From an uncultured Chloroflexia bacterium (lineage in GTDB: Bacteria > Chloroflexota > Chloroflexia > Chloroflexales > Herpetosiphonaceae), in assembly GCA_963767035.1 (NCBI GenBank), contig CAVYBW010000001.1, forward strand, positions 2,182,547 to 2,246,546: 64,000 nucleotides of DNA. Direction: 5' to 3'. The first letter of the stretch is position 1; each line of letters opens with the position of its first letter. A model generated the notes under the pieces. It worked only from the letters and a program-made list of their open reading frames with translations, was not told the origin of the DNA and ran no database searches. Position numbers and translations under genes: made by a program. Positions 18,392 through 27,365 of this stretch are shown here, in pieces.

Positions 18392-19150
18392 CTAATACAT
18401 GGTCATGCCGCCATCAACCGCCAAAGTTTGGCCAGTGATGTAGCCAGCAGCATCGGAAGCCAAGAAGACCACCGCGTTGGCAATTTCAGCCGGTTGGCCC
18501 ATGCGCGCCAAGGGAATTCGCTCCAAGGCTTTGTTGATCAATGCTTCGGACATGGCGTTGCGGGTCATATCGGTTTCAATGAAGCCTGGGCAAATCGCGT
18601 TAGCGGTAATGCCCCGTGAAGCCATTTCTTGGGCCACCGACTTGCTAAAGCCGATTAAGCCTGCTTTGGCGGCGGCGTAATTGGCTTGGCCAGCATTGCC
18701 CGTCAGGCCAATCACTGAGCTAATCGTGATCACGCGGCCCCATTTATTTTTCATCATCGGGCGCAACACAGCCTTGGTCAGCAACATCACCCCGCGCAAG
18801 TTGGTTTGCAACACATCATCAACTTCGCTCTCTTTCATGCGCAACAACAAGTTATCACGGGTAATGCCAGCATTGTTGACCAGAATGTCCACGCGGCCAA
18901 AGGCTTCGGTTGTGGCTTTGAGCAAGCCTTCGTGGCTCGCAGCATCGGCCACATCGGCTTGCACAGCAAGCGCTTTGCCACCCTTGGCCGTAATCGCCGC
19001 AACCACTTCAGCCGCTGCTGCTTCGCTACCGCGATAATTAACCACCACAGCAGCACCACTCGCAGCCAAGGCCTCGGCAATTGAACGCCCGATCCCGCGT
19101 GAAGCTCCAGTAACAATTGCGACACGACCAGTTAAATCTAGTTGCATGCT
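18392..19150 (-). CDS. fabG: 3-oxoacyl-ACP reductase FabG (canonical SDR)
   Basis: TGASRGIG, NNAGITRD and S...YAAAK catalytic residues. Start taken at MQLDLTGR. Confidence 0.85.
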   Translation of the reverse strand, partial: SMQLDLTGRVAIVTGASRGIGRSIAEALAASGAAVVVNYRGSEAAAAEVVAAITAKGGKALAVQADVADAASHEGLLKATTEAFGRVDILVNNAGITRDNLLLRMKESEVDDVLQTNLRGVMLLTKAVLRPMMKNKWGRVITISSVIGLTGNAGQANYAAAKAGLIGFSKSVAQEMASRGITANAICPGFIETDMTRNAMSEALINKALERIPLARMGQPAEIANAVVFLASDAAGYITGQTLAVDGGMTMY

Positions 19151-19163
19151 TGCTCCTTCAAAA

Positions 19164-19907
19164 CTAAACCATGCGCCAACCGCCATCGACTGGCAGCACT
19201 TGGCCGGTAATATAGCCCGCCTCAGGATTGGCCAGCATAAAAATCGCTGGGGTAATTTCGGCAGGCGCACCTAAACGTTTGAGCGGCACAATATTGGTGG
19301 CCCATGGGATGTAACTTGGGTCAAAACTCGACATATGTGGACGTGAGATCAGGCCAGGGGCAACGCTATTCACCGTAATGCCCCATGGCGCAACCTCGCG
19401 AGCCAGCGATTTAGAAAAGCCGATGATTCCGCCAAGCGCGGCGGCATAATTGGCTTGGGTCAGGCCGCCAGCCAAGGGCTGATAGCCAGTAATCGTAATA
19501 ATTCGCCCATAACGGGCTTTTTGCATTGGCCGCAAGACGGCGCGGGTAATCCGCGTCACACCACGCAGCATCGTCTCCAACACATCATTCCATTGATCTA
19601 GCGTCATCTCAGCAACTGGAGCATTGTTGACCGCTGAATGAGCTGTAATCAGCATATCCAGCCGCTCCCAACGCCGTACAGCAACCTCAACGAGGCTGTT
19701 CATAGCTTCGGGATCGCGCACATCGGCCTTGATCGCAATTAAACGTTGATCATCGGCAATCGTGGCGCACATCTCTTCGGCCAACTCATCGCGCTGGCGA
19801 TAGCAAAAAACTACCCGTGCACCACGTTGAATTAGCCCTGAGACCACTTCGCGCCCAATCGCCCCAGTGCCACCTGTGACAATCGCCACTTGATCGTTAA
19901 TACTCAT
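19164..19907 (-). CDS. SDR-family FabG-like protein lacking the catalytic Ser and Lys (probable pseudo-enzyme)
   Basis: ITITGYQ replaces the I-S-S catalytic Ser, and NYAAALGG replaces the YxxxK Lys. The Rossmann fold (TGGTGAIG) is retained. Confidence 0.75.
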   Translation of the reverse strand: MSINDQVAIVTGGTGAIGREVVSGLIQRGARVVFCYRQRDELAEEMCATIADDQRLIAIKADVRDPEAMNSLVEVAVRRWERLDMLITAHSAVNNAPVAEMTLDQWNDVLETMLRGVTRITRAVLRPMQKARYGRIITITGYQPLAGGLTQANYAAALGGIIGFSKSLAREVAPWGITVNSVAPGLISRPHMSSFDPSYIPWATNIVPLKRLGAPAEITPAIFMLANPEAGYITGQVLPVDGGWRMV

Positions 19908-19916
19908 TCTGCACCC

Positions 19917-20651
19917 CTATGGCATGACCCAGCCGCCGTCAATCGTCAGCACATGGCCAATAATATACGATGCAGCAGGCGATGCCAGAAAAGCCACCGC
20001 TGGCGCAACTTCTTCGACTTTGCCAAAGCGTTTGAGCGGAATCACATCAAGCGCCCATGTCCGCAGCCATTGCGGAATATGGTCGATAAAGTCGGTGTCG
20101 ATATAGCCAGGTGCTACCACATTCACCACAATTCCATCGGAGGTGACTTCGCGGGCCACCGCCTTGGAAAAGCCAACCAAGCCCATCTTGGCCGCAGCGT
20201 AGTTGGTTTGGCCAACATTGCCCGCTAAGCCCGCCAATGAAGCAATGCTGACGATTCGCCCATAACTATTGGCCCGCATCGCTGGCAGCACCGCCTGCGT
20301 GCATAAAAATGCCGATGTCAGATCAGCCTTGATCACATCGTCCCATTCATCGTCTTTCAAACGCTGAAAAAGGTTATCGCGGGTAATGCCAGCATTATTG
20401 ATCAGAATCTGAATTGTGCCCCATTCAGTCAAGGTTTGGGTCACCATGGCCTCAACCGCATTTGGATCGGTTACATCGGCTTGAATTGCGATCGCCGTAC
20501 CGCCAGCAGCTTGAATTTCAGCCACCACTGCTTCGGCTTTGGCAGCACTTGATTGATAATTGACAACGACTTTTAACGCCCCAACTGGCTAGCTCCAAAG
20601 CAATTGCCCGGCCTATGCCGCGCGATGCTCCGGTGACAATCGCCACATGGT
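19917..20651 (-). CDS. Second FabG-type 3-oxoacyl-ACP reductase. N-terminus is in another frame, with a frameshift at the C4 run 20579-20582
   Basis: MKDHVAIVTGASRGIGRAIALELAS reads from the ATG at 20651 in a different frame from the 19917..20528 ORF (NNAGITRD, NYAAAK). Confidence 0.7.
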
Positions 20652-20690
20652 CTTTCATTCCCCGCATAGCAGATGCCTCACCCATGTACA

Positions 20691-21623
20691 TTACTGGGCG
20701 TTATTGTACTCGCCAATCTTAGCAATGTCATCAAAGGTCGCAATATTCACTCGTTGCAGGCTGGGATCGATCCGTTTGACCAAGCCCGTGAGCACGCTGC
20801 CAGCGCCAATTTCGATCACGGTTTGCACACCCAAGGCTGCAAGCTGTTCGATTGTGGCAATCCAGCGTACTGGCGCAGTAATTTGGGCTACCAACTCGGC
20901 CCGAATATCGGCAGCACTAATGATTGCTTGGGCGCTACTGTTGGCAATCACTGGCACTTGGGCAGCATCAATCGCTGCCGCTGCAATTGCCGGCGCTAGA
21001 CCAGCTGCAGTTGCCCCCATCAATGGCGAGTGAAAGGCGGCGCTCACATTCAACGACATGATTTTCTTGGCTCCAGCAGCTTTGGCTTGCTCGCTGGCCG
21101 CCGCTACCGCCGCACTGGTTCCACTAATCACCAATTGGCCATGGGCATTTTGGTTGGCCACGACACATGGGCCAAACTCGCTCACATTGGCGCAAACCGC
21201 TTCTAGTGGCGCGAGATCAAGCCCAATCACGGCGGCCATCGCCCCATCGCTGGCTTGGGCCATCAACTCACCACGTTGGCGTACCAAACGCAGCGCTGTG
21301 GCAAAATCGAGCGCTTTGGCTGCAACCAAGGCGCTATATTCACCTAGCGAGTGGCCAGCAACCACACTAGGCTTCAGCTCCACGCCAGCCTCAGCAATTG
21401 CTGCCAACAAGGCTACGCTGACGGTTAGCAAGGCTGGTTGGGTATTTTCAGTTGCGGTTAAATCGGCCTCAGGCCCATCAAAACACAACGCTGCCAGATC
21501 AAAACCCAGCACTGCATTGGCTTCAGCAAAAATGGCTCGGGCCGCAGGCGATTGTTCATAGACTTCACGGCCCATGCCCACTTTCTGCGAGCCTTGGCCA
21601 GGAAAAAGCAATCCGATTGTCAT
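20691..21623 (-). CDS. fabD: Malonyl-CoA:ACP transacylase
   Basis: GHSLGE active-site motif, typical length. Confidence 0.9.
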   Translation of the reverse strand: MTIGLLFPGQGSQKVGMGREVYEQSPAARAIFAEANAVLGFDLAALCFDGPEADLTATENTQPALLTVSVALLAAIAEAGVELKPSVVAGHSLGEYSALVAAKALDFATALRLVRQRGELMAQASDGAMAAVIGLDLAPLEAVCANVSEFGPCVVANQNAHGQLVISGTSAAVAAASEQAKAAGAKKIMSLNVSAAFHSPLMGATAAGLAPAIAAAAIDAAQVPVIANSSAQAIISAADIRAELVAQITAPVRWIATIEQLAALGVQTVIEIGAGSVLTGLVKRIDPSLQRVNIATFDDIAKIGEYNNAQ

Positions 21624-21644
21624 TGAGTTGTCTTTCTATTATTG

Positions 21645-21757
21645 AGAGGGGTCAGGGATTAGGGGTCAGTTTTTAGTCACGAATTGCACGAATTTCACAA
21701 ATTATTTCGTTGCATTCCCATGGACTGACCCCTAGCCCCTGAATCCTGATCCCTAGT
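21645..21757. repeat. REP-like palindromic element of GAGGGGTCAG / CTGACCCCTAG units, intercistronic between fabD and fabH
   Basis: Arms GAGGGGTCAGGGATTAGGGGTCAG ... CTGACCCCTAGCCCCTGAATCCTGATCCCTAG. Related copies at 29877-30069, 55425-55600, 58420-58492 and 59300-59400. Confidence 0.5.
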
Positions 21758-21759
21758 CG

Positions 21760-22747
21760 CTACTTCCCACCCCAAATCAACACGCCCGAAGCCCATGTCA
21801 GGCCGCCACCAAATGCGGTCAGCAAGATTGTATCGCCAGGTTGCATGCGGCCAGCATCGGCGGCTTCAGCGATTGCCACAGGCAAGGTTGCAGCCGAGGT
21901 ATTGCCATATTCTTGAATATTTAACAAACACCTGCTCCATTGGCACATTCAAGCGCTTGGCGACTGCCTCGATAATCCGTAAATTAGCTTGATGCGGCAC
22001 GACCAATTGCACATCGGCTGTCGTTTTGCCAACTTGCTCCAGCACATGCAACGAGCTATCGACCATGGCGCGAACGGCGTACTTAAACACTTCCGAACCA
22101 TTCATCTGAATATATTGTTCAGACTGATCAAGCCGCTCGTGGGTTGCAGGATAGAGCGTTGCGCCAGCCTTGATCCACAATAATTCGGCAGTATCGGGAA
22201 TTGCGCCCAATTTGTAGGCTTGCAGGCCGTGCTCTTGCTCGGTTGCTTCGAGAATGACTGCGCCAGCAGCATCGCCGAAAATCACGCAGGTATTACGATC
22301 TTGCCAATTCAAAAATGGCGAGATCGTTTCTGCTCCGCAGAGTAATACTTTACGCACACCACCGCCACGAATCATGGCGGTAACCGCACTGAGGGCATAT
22401 AAAAAGCCACAGCATGCAGCATTCATATCCATCACGCCAGCGTTGATTGCGCCCAGTTTAGTTTGCACCAAGGCGGCGGTTGATGGCAAGAGCAGGTCGG
22501 GCGAGGTGGTAGCCACCACAATCAAATCAAGCTCTGCGGGCTGCACGCCAGCTTTATCGAGCGCAATTCGGGCGGCGCGAGCGGCCATATCCGAGGTTGC
22601 TTGACCTTCGGCCACAATATGGCGGCGCTGAATTCCGGTGCGTGATTGAATCCATTCAGCGTCAGTATCAACAATTTGTTCAAGCTCTTGGTTGGTAAGC
22701 ACACGATCGGGAGCATAGCGCCCCCAGCCAGTAATAGCTGCATTCAT
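21760..22747 (-). CDS. fabH: 3-oxoacyl-ACP synthase III FabH, with C-terminal 60 aa in another frame (frameshift at the TTT/AAA run about 21920-21922)
   Basis: ORF 21866..22786 carries the Cys active site. ORF 21760..21948 encodes the conserved C-terminus ([14 protein letters not shown] ... FGGGLTW). Confidence 0.8.
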
Positions 22748-22866
22748 TGCAAAACACTCCCGTGGTGAAGCCGTTTCATGCCGCACTGCACAATAACGCG
22801 CCTAAAATGCGAAAGGGACGAGAACCATGTTCTCGACCCTTTCGCTGCTTTGCTGCCAAACATGGC

Positions 22867-23058
22867 TTATGCTTCAGCATTGTCCTTCTTGAGGTATTGG
22901 CGACCCTTGTAGGTACCGCAATTCAAGCAAACGCGATGTGGACGGCGATAGCCGCCACAGTTTGGACATGCCGACAATGAAGGTGCGGTCAAAGCAAGGT
23001 GTTGGCGGCGGTGCCCGCGTTGTTCGCGGGTAATTTTACGTCGTGGCAATGCGCCCAT
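22867..23058 (-). CDS. rpmF: 50S ribosomal protein L32
   Basis: C-x2-C ... C-x2-C zinc ribbon typical of L32 (ALTAPSLSACPNCG...CLNCG). Confidence 0.85.
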   Translation of the reverse strand: MGALPRRKITREQRGHRRQHLALTAPSLSACPNCGGYRRPHRVCLNCGTYKGRQYLKKDNAEA

Positions 23059-23064
23059 GAGAAA

Positions 23065-23601
23065 CTAGGCTCCTTTCAGCAATTGTTTGAGCGCGGCTAA
23101 GCGCTCATCGATCACTTGATCGTCCAAATTATCGGCTTCTGGGTTATCGTTGAGGTTTTGGCCATCAAACGACAAACCACGACAATCGGGGCGACAAATC
23201 GGCGCGATTGGTAAGTTGATGAGCGTGTATTCACGGGCAGCATCGCCAAGATCAAGCAAATGGTTGCCGTTAATTTTGAACACATCAGGCTCTTCTGGTT
23301 CTGGCAACGGTGCGCCCGTCGTTGCATGAACCGTCGCAAAATATTCCTCAGCGAAATCGAACTCAACAGGTTGACTGAAATCGCTTAAGCATCGCACACA
23401 TTCTAACGTGACGTTGCCGCTCATCGCAGCATCAGCAATGACCCCACTTTTGGTGCGGGTCATTTTGACATCGCCTTCGGTGATACTCAGGCGGCTACCA
23501 TCACCCAAATCAAGTTGTTCGTTTTCATATGTATACTGGCGGGTCGCCCCAACATATTCTTGCAATAGTTGGGATACATTGAATTGGAGTTCGGATGACA
23601 T
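23065..23601 (-). CDS. yceD: YceD/DUF177 family protein
   Basis: Conserved position upstream of rpmF; CxxC ... CRPDC metal-binding cysteines. Confidence 0.75.
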   Translation of the reverse strand: MSSELQFNVSQLLQEYVGATRQYTYENEQLDLGDGSRLSITEGDVKMTRTKSGVIADAAMSGNVTLECVRCLSDFSQPVEFDFAEEYFATVHATTGAPLPEPEEPDVFKINGNHLLDLGDAAREYTLINLPIAPICRPDCRGLSFDGQNLNDNPEADNLDDQVIDERLAALKQLLKGA

Positions 23602-23668
23602 ACAGTGACCTCCTGCTGGAATTCAACCCGCAAGCGACGTGACATTATAGGCGCGAGAACGCGCTCTG

Positions 23669-24181
23669 TCAAACTACGCCCAGTTCATCGAGGCCATTTT
23701 GAATAATCGTCAGCGATTTGCCGATATGTTCTTCAAGGTTGAGCAACACTTGGCGCGCATATTCGTCAGCATCAGAGCGCACTTTGGCCGCCTCTGATTC
23801 GGCTTCGGCGATTATTCGGGTGCGTTCGCGCTGGGCAATTTCAAGCATGCCCTGTTCCGAAAGCGTTAACGCAATTTTCTTTTTGGTTGCCTCGATCAGT
23901 TGGTCGCGTTCGCGCACAATCTGCCGTGCTTGGCGTAATTCATTGGGAACCGCAACCCGCATCCGGTCGATAATGTCGAAGACTTGTTTTTCGTCAATCA
24001 TTAATCGGCTGGTTAAGGGCACACGGCCACCACTCGCTAAAACCTCTTCCAACTGGTTAATCAGGCGCTCAAACTCGGCCTCAGCATATTCTGGGGGGCG
24101 CTGGTGTTGCCCGACTGGCTCCACGCTGGTTGCTTCCTGATGGTGACTGGGCTGTTCTCCCCATTGGGCTTGTTCGCTCAT
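23669..24181 (-). CDS. Hypothetical coiled-coil protein
   Basis: Charged, helical C-terminal two-thirds; no diagnostic motif. Confidence 0.5.
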   Translation of the reverse strand: MSEQAQWGEQPSHHQEATSVEPVGQHQRPPEYAEAEFERLINQLEEVLASGGRVPLTSRLMIDEKQVFDIIDRMRVAVPNELRQARQIVRERDQLIEATKKKIALTLSEQGMLEIAQRERTRIIAEAESEAAKVRSDADEYARQVLLNLEEHIGKSLTIIQNGLDELGVV

Positions 24182-24675
24182 GTGCGTGACTCCTCATGCT
24201 GTTGATAGGCTTGCTTGAGCGCAAGGGCAATATGAGCTGGCACAAATGAGCTAACATCGCCACCATAGGCAGCGATTTCGCGCACTGCGCTTGAGCTAAG
24301 CAACGTAAAGCGTTGATCTGCCATCAAACAGACCGTATCAAGCGTTGGAGCCAAATGATGATTGATATGCGCCATTTGAAATTCGTGCTCAAAATCGGTT
24401 GCGGCGCGTAAGCCTCGCACCAACACCGTTGCCTTAATTTCGAGGGCATACTCGACAACTAAACTCGAAAAAGCATCTACCCGCACATTTGGCAGGTGCG
24501 CTACCGATTCGCGAATCATGGCAATCCGTTGCTCGGTGGTAAATAGCAACTTTTTATACGGACGATGAGCTACCGCTAAGACCAACTGATCAAACAAGCG
24601 TGATGCGCGCGCAGCAACATCAAGATGTCCGTTGGTAATTGGGTCGAAGCTTGCAGGGTAGACAGCAATAGTCAC
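24178..24675 (-). CDS. coaD: Phosphopantetheine adenylyltransferase
   Basis: YPASFDPITNGHLD nucleotidyltransferase motif. Confidence 0.9.
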   Translation of the reverse strand: MTIAVYPASFDPITNGHLDVAARASRLFDQLVLAVAHRPYKKLLFTTEQRIAMIRESVAHLPNVRVDAFSSLVVEYALEIKATVLVRGLRAATDFEHEFQMAHINHHLAPTLDTVCLMADQRFTLLSSSAVREIAAYGGDVSSFVPAHIALALKQAYQQHEESRT

Positions 24676-24681
24676 AGGTGA

Positions 24682-25257
24682 TTACTCCGATTGCGGCGGT
24701 AACGCTGGGCTCAATTCATAAATTGAGAAACAGGAATCGCCGATACGCCGATGCTTTAGCAAACTCAGTGGCCCAAGTTGGGGCGGCATCACCAGCTTTG
24801 GCCAATGGCCTAAAACTAAAACGCCATTTGGATCTAAAATGCCGCGTTCAGCAACCCGCACCACAAGGTCGGGAATGCCTTCCATAGCATATGGCGGATC
24901 GAGCAGGATTATAGCATATTTTGTTTTTTCGTCGATGATTTGCAGAAATTTATCAACTGAAACATTCCAAACTTTGGCTCGCTCAGCCAATTTAGTCGTT
25001 TTTAGGTTGTCTTTGGTCACAGCGGCAACATGGCTGCGGGTCTCAACAAAATCGGCCCACTCTGCCCCGCGCGATAAGCACTCGATGCCCAACGAGCCTG
25101 TGCCAGCAAATAAATCGAGGGCGCGGCCTTCAAATGCCCCGAAGCCCTCTAAAATACCAAATAACGATTCTTTGACCCGATCAAGCATCGGGCGAGTGCC
25201 AATATCTGGTGGGCCTTTTAATTGTCGCCCCTTGGCACTGCCAGTAATCACCCGCAT
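24682..25257 (-). CDS. rsmD: 16S rRNA (guanine966-N2)-methyltransferase RsmD
   Basis: DLFAGTGSLGIE SAM-binding motif and DPPY motif. Start taken at MRVITG. Confidence 0.85.
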   Translation of the reverse strand: MRVITGSAKGRQLKGPPDIGTRPMLDRVKESLFGILEGFGAFEGRALDLFAGTGSLGIECLSRGAEWADFVETRSHVAAVTKDNLKTTKLAERAKVWNVSVDKFLQIIDEKTKYAIILLDPPYAMEGIPDLVVRVAERGILDPNGVLVLGHWPKLVMPPQLGPLSLLKHRRIGDSCFSIYELSPALPPQSE

Positions 25258-25275
25258 TGTCGTAACCCCGTTATA

Positions 25276-25415
25276 AAAGGATGAATTATGAAGGATGAAA
25301 ATCAATTACAAGCGATCAAGGATACTACTCTTAAGCATAAATTAATGACAATCCATCAATCGCTTACAAATATTAATCCATTCTTTTCATAACTTATCCT
25401 TCATAATTCATCCTT
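25276..25415. mobile_element. MITE-like 140 bp AT-rich element with about 22 bp terminal inverted repeats (AAGGATGAATTATGAAGGATGA)
   Basis: Left TIR at 25276-25298 and inverted copy at 25395-25415. It fills the gap between the rsmD start and the upstream gene's stop codon. The TIRs are related to those of the element at 40961-41250. Confidence 0.5.
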
Positions 25416-25762
25416 CTAAAAGACTTCTGCGCCATATTCGGCTAGCTCATCGGCGATCGATTCGATATCGTGAATGGTGCGCATTTTTTTGATATGGCCA
25501 ATATATTTTAGCCGATTAGCATCGTGAGCCATCACTGCGCGCTCAACATACTGGGTCAAGTAGAGTTTTAATGCCGCTAATTGGGTTTCATCGAGGCGCT
25601 CGCCGTTCATATAGGCATCGACGGCAGCTTCTAAACCCCAGTTTTTTCTTCCATCCAAAAGCGTGGTGGCACTGCCACTTTAAACGGATAGGGATACTCG
25701 CGGTTGGGGACAAATACTAAATTGCCAATTTGTTCGGCATCATCAGGCCATTGCTCAGTCAT
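25416..25762 (-). CDS. Hypothetical protein, interrupted by a frameshift at the T6/A6 run 25642-25647
   Basis: The frame from ATG 25762 (MTEQWPDDAEQIG ... PPRFWMEEK) and the ORF 25416..25658 join if one A is removed from GAAGAAAAAACTGG. Confidence 0.5.
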
Positions 25763-25785
25763 TTTCGATCGATCCTTCATTAAGT

Positions 25786-26826
25786 TTAGTTCTGAATATC
25801 GTTCAAGCTCGCCAAAGGTACAATTGGGTCGATTTGCTGCACGCTATGACTTTCAGCCGCATCGATTGCCCGCATAATCAAGCGCCAATCAGCCAACGCC
25901 GTTGCCAAACTTGCCACAATTGGCTCATCGTCAACAATCGCCGCATAAAAATTACGAAACTCACTTTCGTAACCCCGCAGATCCTGCGCTTGGTAGTGCT
26001 CTATTGTACCATCAGCCCGATATAATGTCGTCTGATCGCCACGAATGCTAATACTACCGTTAGTGCCATGGACAACCGTCCAATCAAAACACGGGTTTTG
26101 GGTTTGCACCGCGCCCGAAAAACAGAGCGAGCCAAGCACGCCCGACGCAAAACGCAAATTCAGCACCATGGTATCTGGGCCACGCAACACTGGATGCACA
26201 TCCTTAATGAAGGCATGGGCGCTTTCAATTGGCCCGCCAAGCTCACGCAACAAGGCCGCTTGATGCACACCAGCATCGGCCAAGACTGCGCCACGATATT
26301 GATGATCGTGCCGCCATGGGGTTGCGCCAAAGCCTTGGTTTGAATCGCTCCAAAAAGTAGCGCGCACATCAATCACGACGACAGCGCCAATTTCGCCAGC
26401 ATCCATCCAAGCTCGGGCTTGTTTGAGATCATCGCGATAATGAAAATTTTCGGCAATCAAAATTTTGACTGGGGCATGACGGCACGCGGCGACCAAAGCC
26501 TCGGCCTGCGGCAAATTGGCGGCCAATGGCTTTTCGCAAATCACATGTTTGCCTGCCGCTACCGCCGCTTGAATCGCCTCGGCGTTGCGCTGAATTGGCA
26601 GCGAAATTAACACCGCATCGATCTGTGAATCGGCAAAGAAATCCACCCACGAATCAGTAATCGTTGGGTGGATATCCAGCAAGCCTGCCAACGCCTCAGC
26701 ATTTGCGCGGTTATGATCGCAAATGCTAACAATTTGAAAGAAATTTGGTAATGCTTTGAGTGCTGGGAGATGTAAATGTTTGACCGCCAAACCCGCTCCA
26801 AGCACTCCTAACCTGATTGTTTTCAT
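25786..26826 (-). CDS. Gfo/Idh/MocA-family oxidoreductase
   Basis: N-terminal Rossmann fold (IRLGVLGAGL) and a Gfo/Idh/MocA C-terminal domain. Confidence 0.85.
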   Translation of the reverse strand: MKTIRLGVLGAGLAVKHLHLPALKALPNFFQIVSICDHNRANAEALAGLLDIHPTITDSWVDFFADSQIDAVLISLPIQRNAEAIQAAVAAGKHVICEKPLAANLPQAEALVAACRHAPVKILIAENFHYRDDLKQARAWMDAGEIGAVVVIDVRATFWSDSNQGFGATPWRHDHQYRGAVLADAGVHQAALLRELGGPIESAHAFIKDVHPVLRGPDTMVLNLRFASGVLGSLCFSGAVQTQNPCFDWTVVHGTNGSISIRGDQTTLYRADGTIEHYQAQDLRGYESEFRNFYAAIVDDEPIVASLATALADWRLIMRAIDAAESHSVQQIDPIVPLASLNDIQN

Positions 26827-27182
26827 TAATGGCGCGCCTCGCGCTGGAAGCGGCGACGTTGCATTAAGGTTGGGCGACGACGAATTTTAAAGGGCGAAGG
26901 TGGGGTTAATGGATCGTCAGCCTCAAGCCGAGCACGACGCTTGGGCCGTTCAAAGCGATAATAATCGAAGCCAACCAAGCCAACTCCTATCACGGCGGCA
27001 ACCGCGATAATCACCGAACCAAACAGGCCTTCAGCGTTGCGGGTATACACCAAGCCGCTCACAAAGGCACTTGCTAGCGTGAGCCAGCCCAAGGCACCTT
27101 GCCAGCGCTTGCGAAAAACAAACAACACAAGAACAGCAAACACCGCTAGAAAGCCGAAAACGAACCAATCAACACGAGTCAT
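26826..27182 (-). CDS. Hypothetical small membrane protein
   Basis: Two TM segments; basic C-terminus. Confidence 0.45.
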   Translation of the reverse strand: MTRVDWFVFGFLAVFAVLVLFVFRKRWQGALGWLTLASAFVSGLVYTRNAEGLFGSVIIAVAAVIGVGLVGFDYYRFERPKRRARLEADDPLTPPSPFKIRRRPTLMQRRRFQREARH

Positions 27183-27294
27183 AGCGTGCTCCTCTAAGTC
27201 AAAGCATGGCTGGTAATACTGTAGCACACAATGGGCCATGCCTACCGAACCAATCGCGATCGATTATGGTTAATCATGAGCTAAAATTGCATGT

Positions 27295-27360
27295 TTGACA
27301 AGCAGCCTTCAGATCTATTATTCTATACCTTGTATAACAAAGTATCCTTTATCGCAAGGT
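27295..27360 (+). promoter_or_regulatory. Promoter (TTGACA-18-TATTCT) plus a palindromic operator candidate ACCTTG-N22-CAAGGT upstream of the PadR gene
   Basis: Inverted repeat at 27327-27360 overlaps the RBS region of the PadR regulator. Confidence 0.45.
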
Positions 27361-27365
27361 AGCCT

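Noticed and set aside
23669-24181. Calling the coiled-coil protein DivIVA or an ATP synthase b subunit
   Set aside because: There is only generic coiled-coil character and no diagnostic motif, so it is left as hypothetical.
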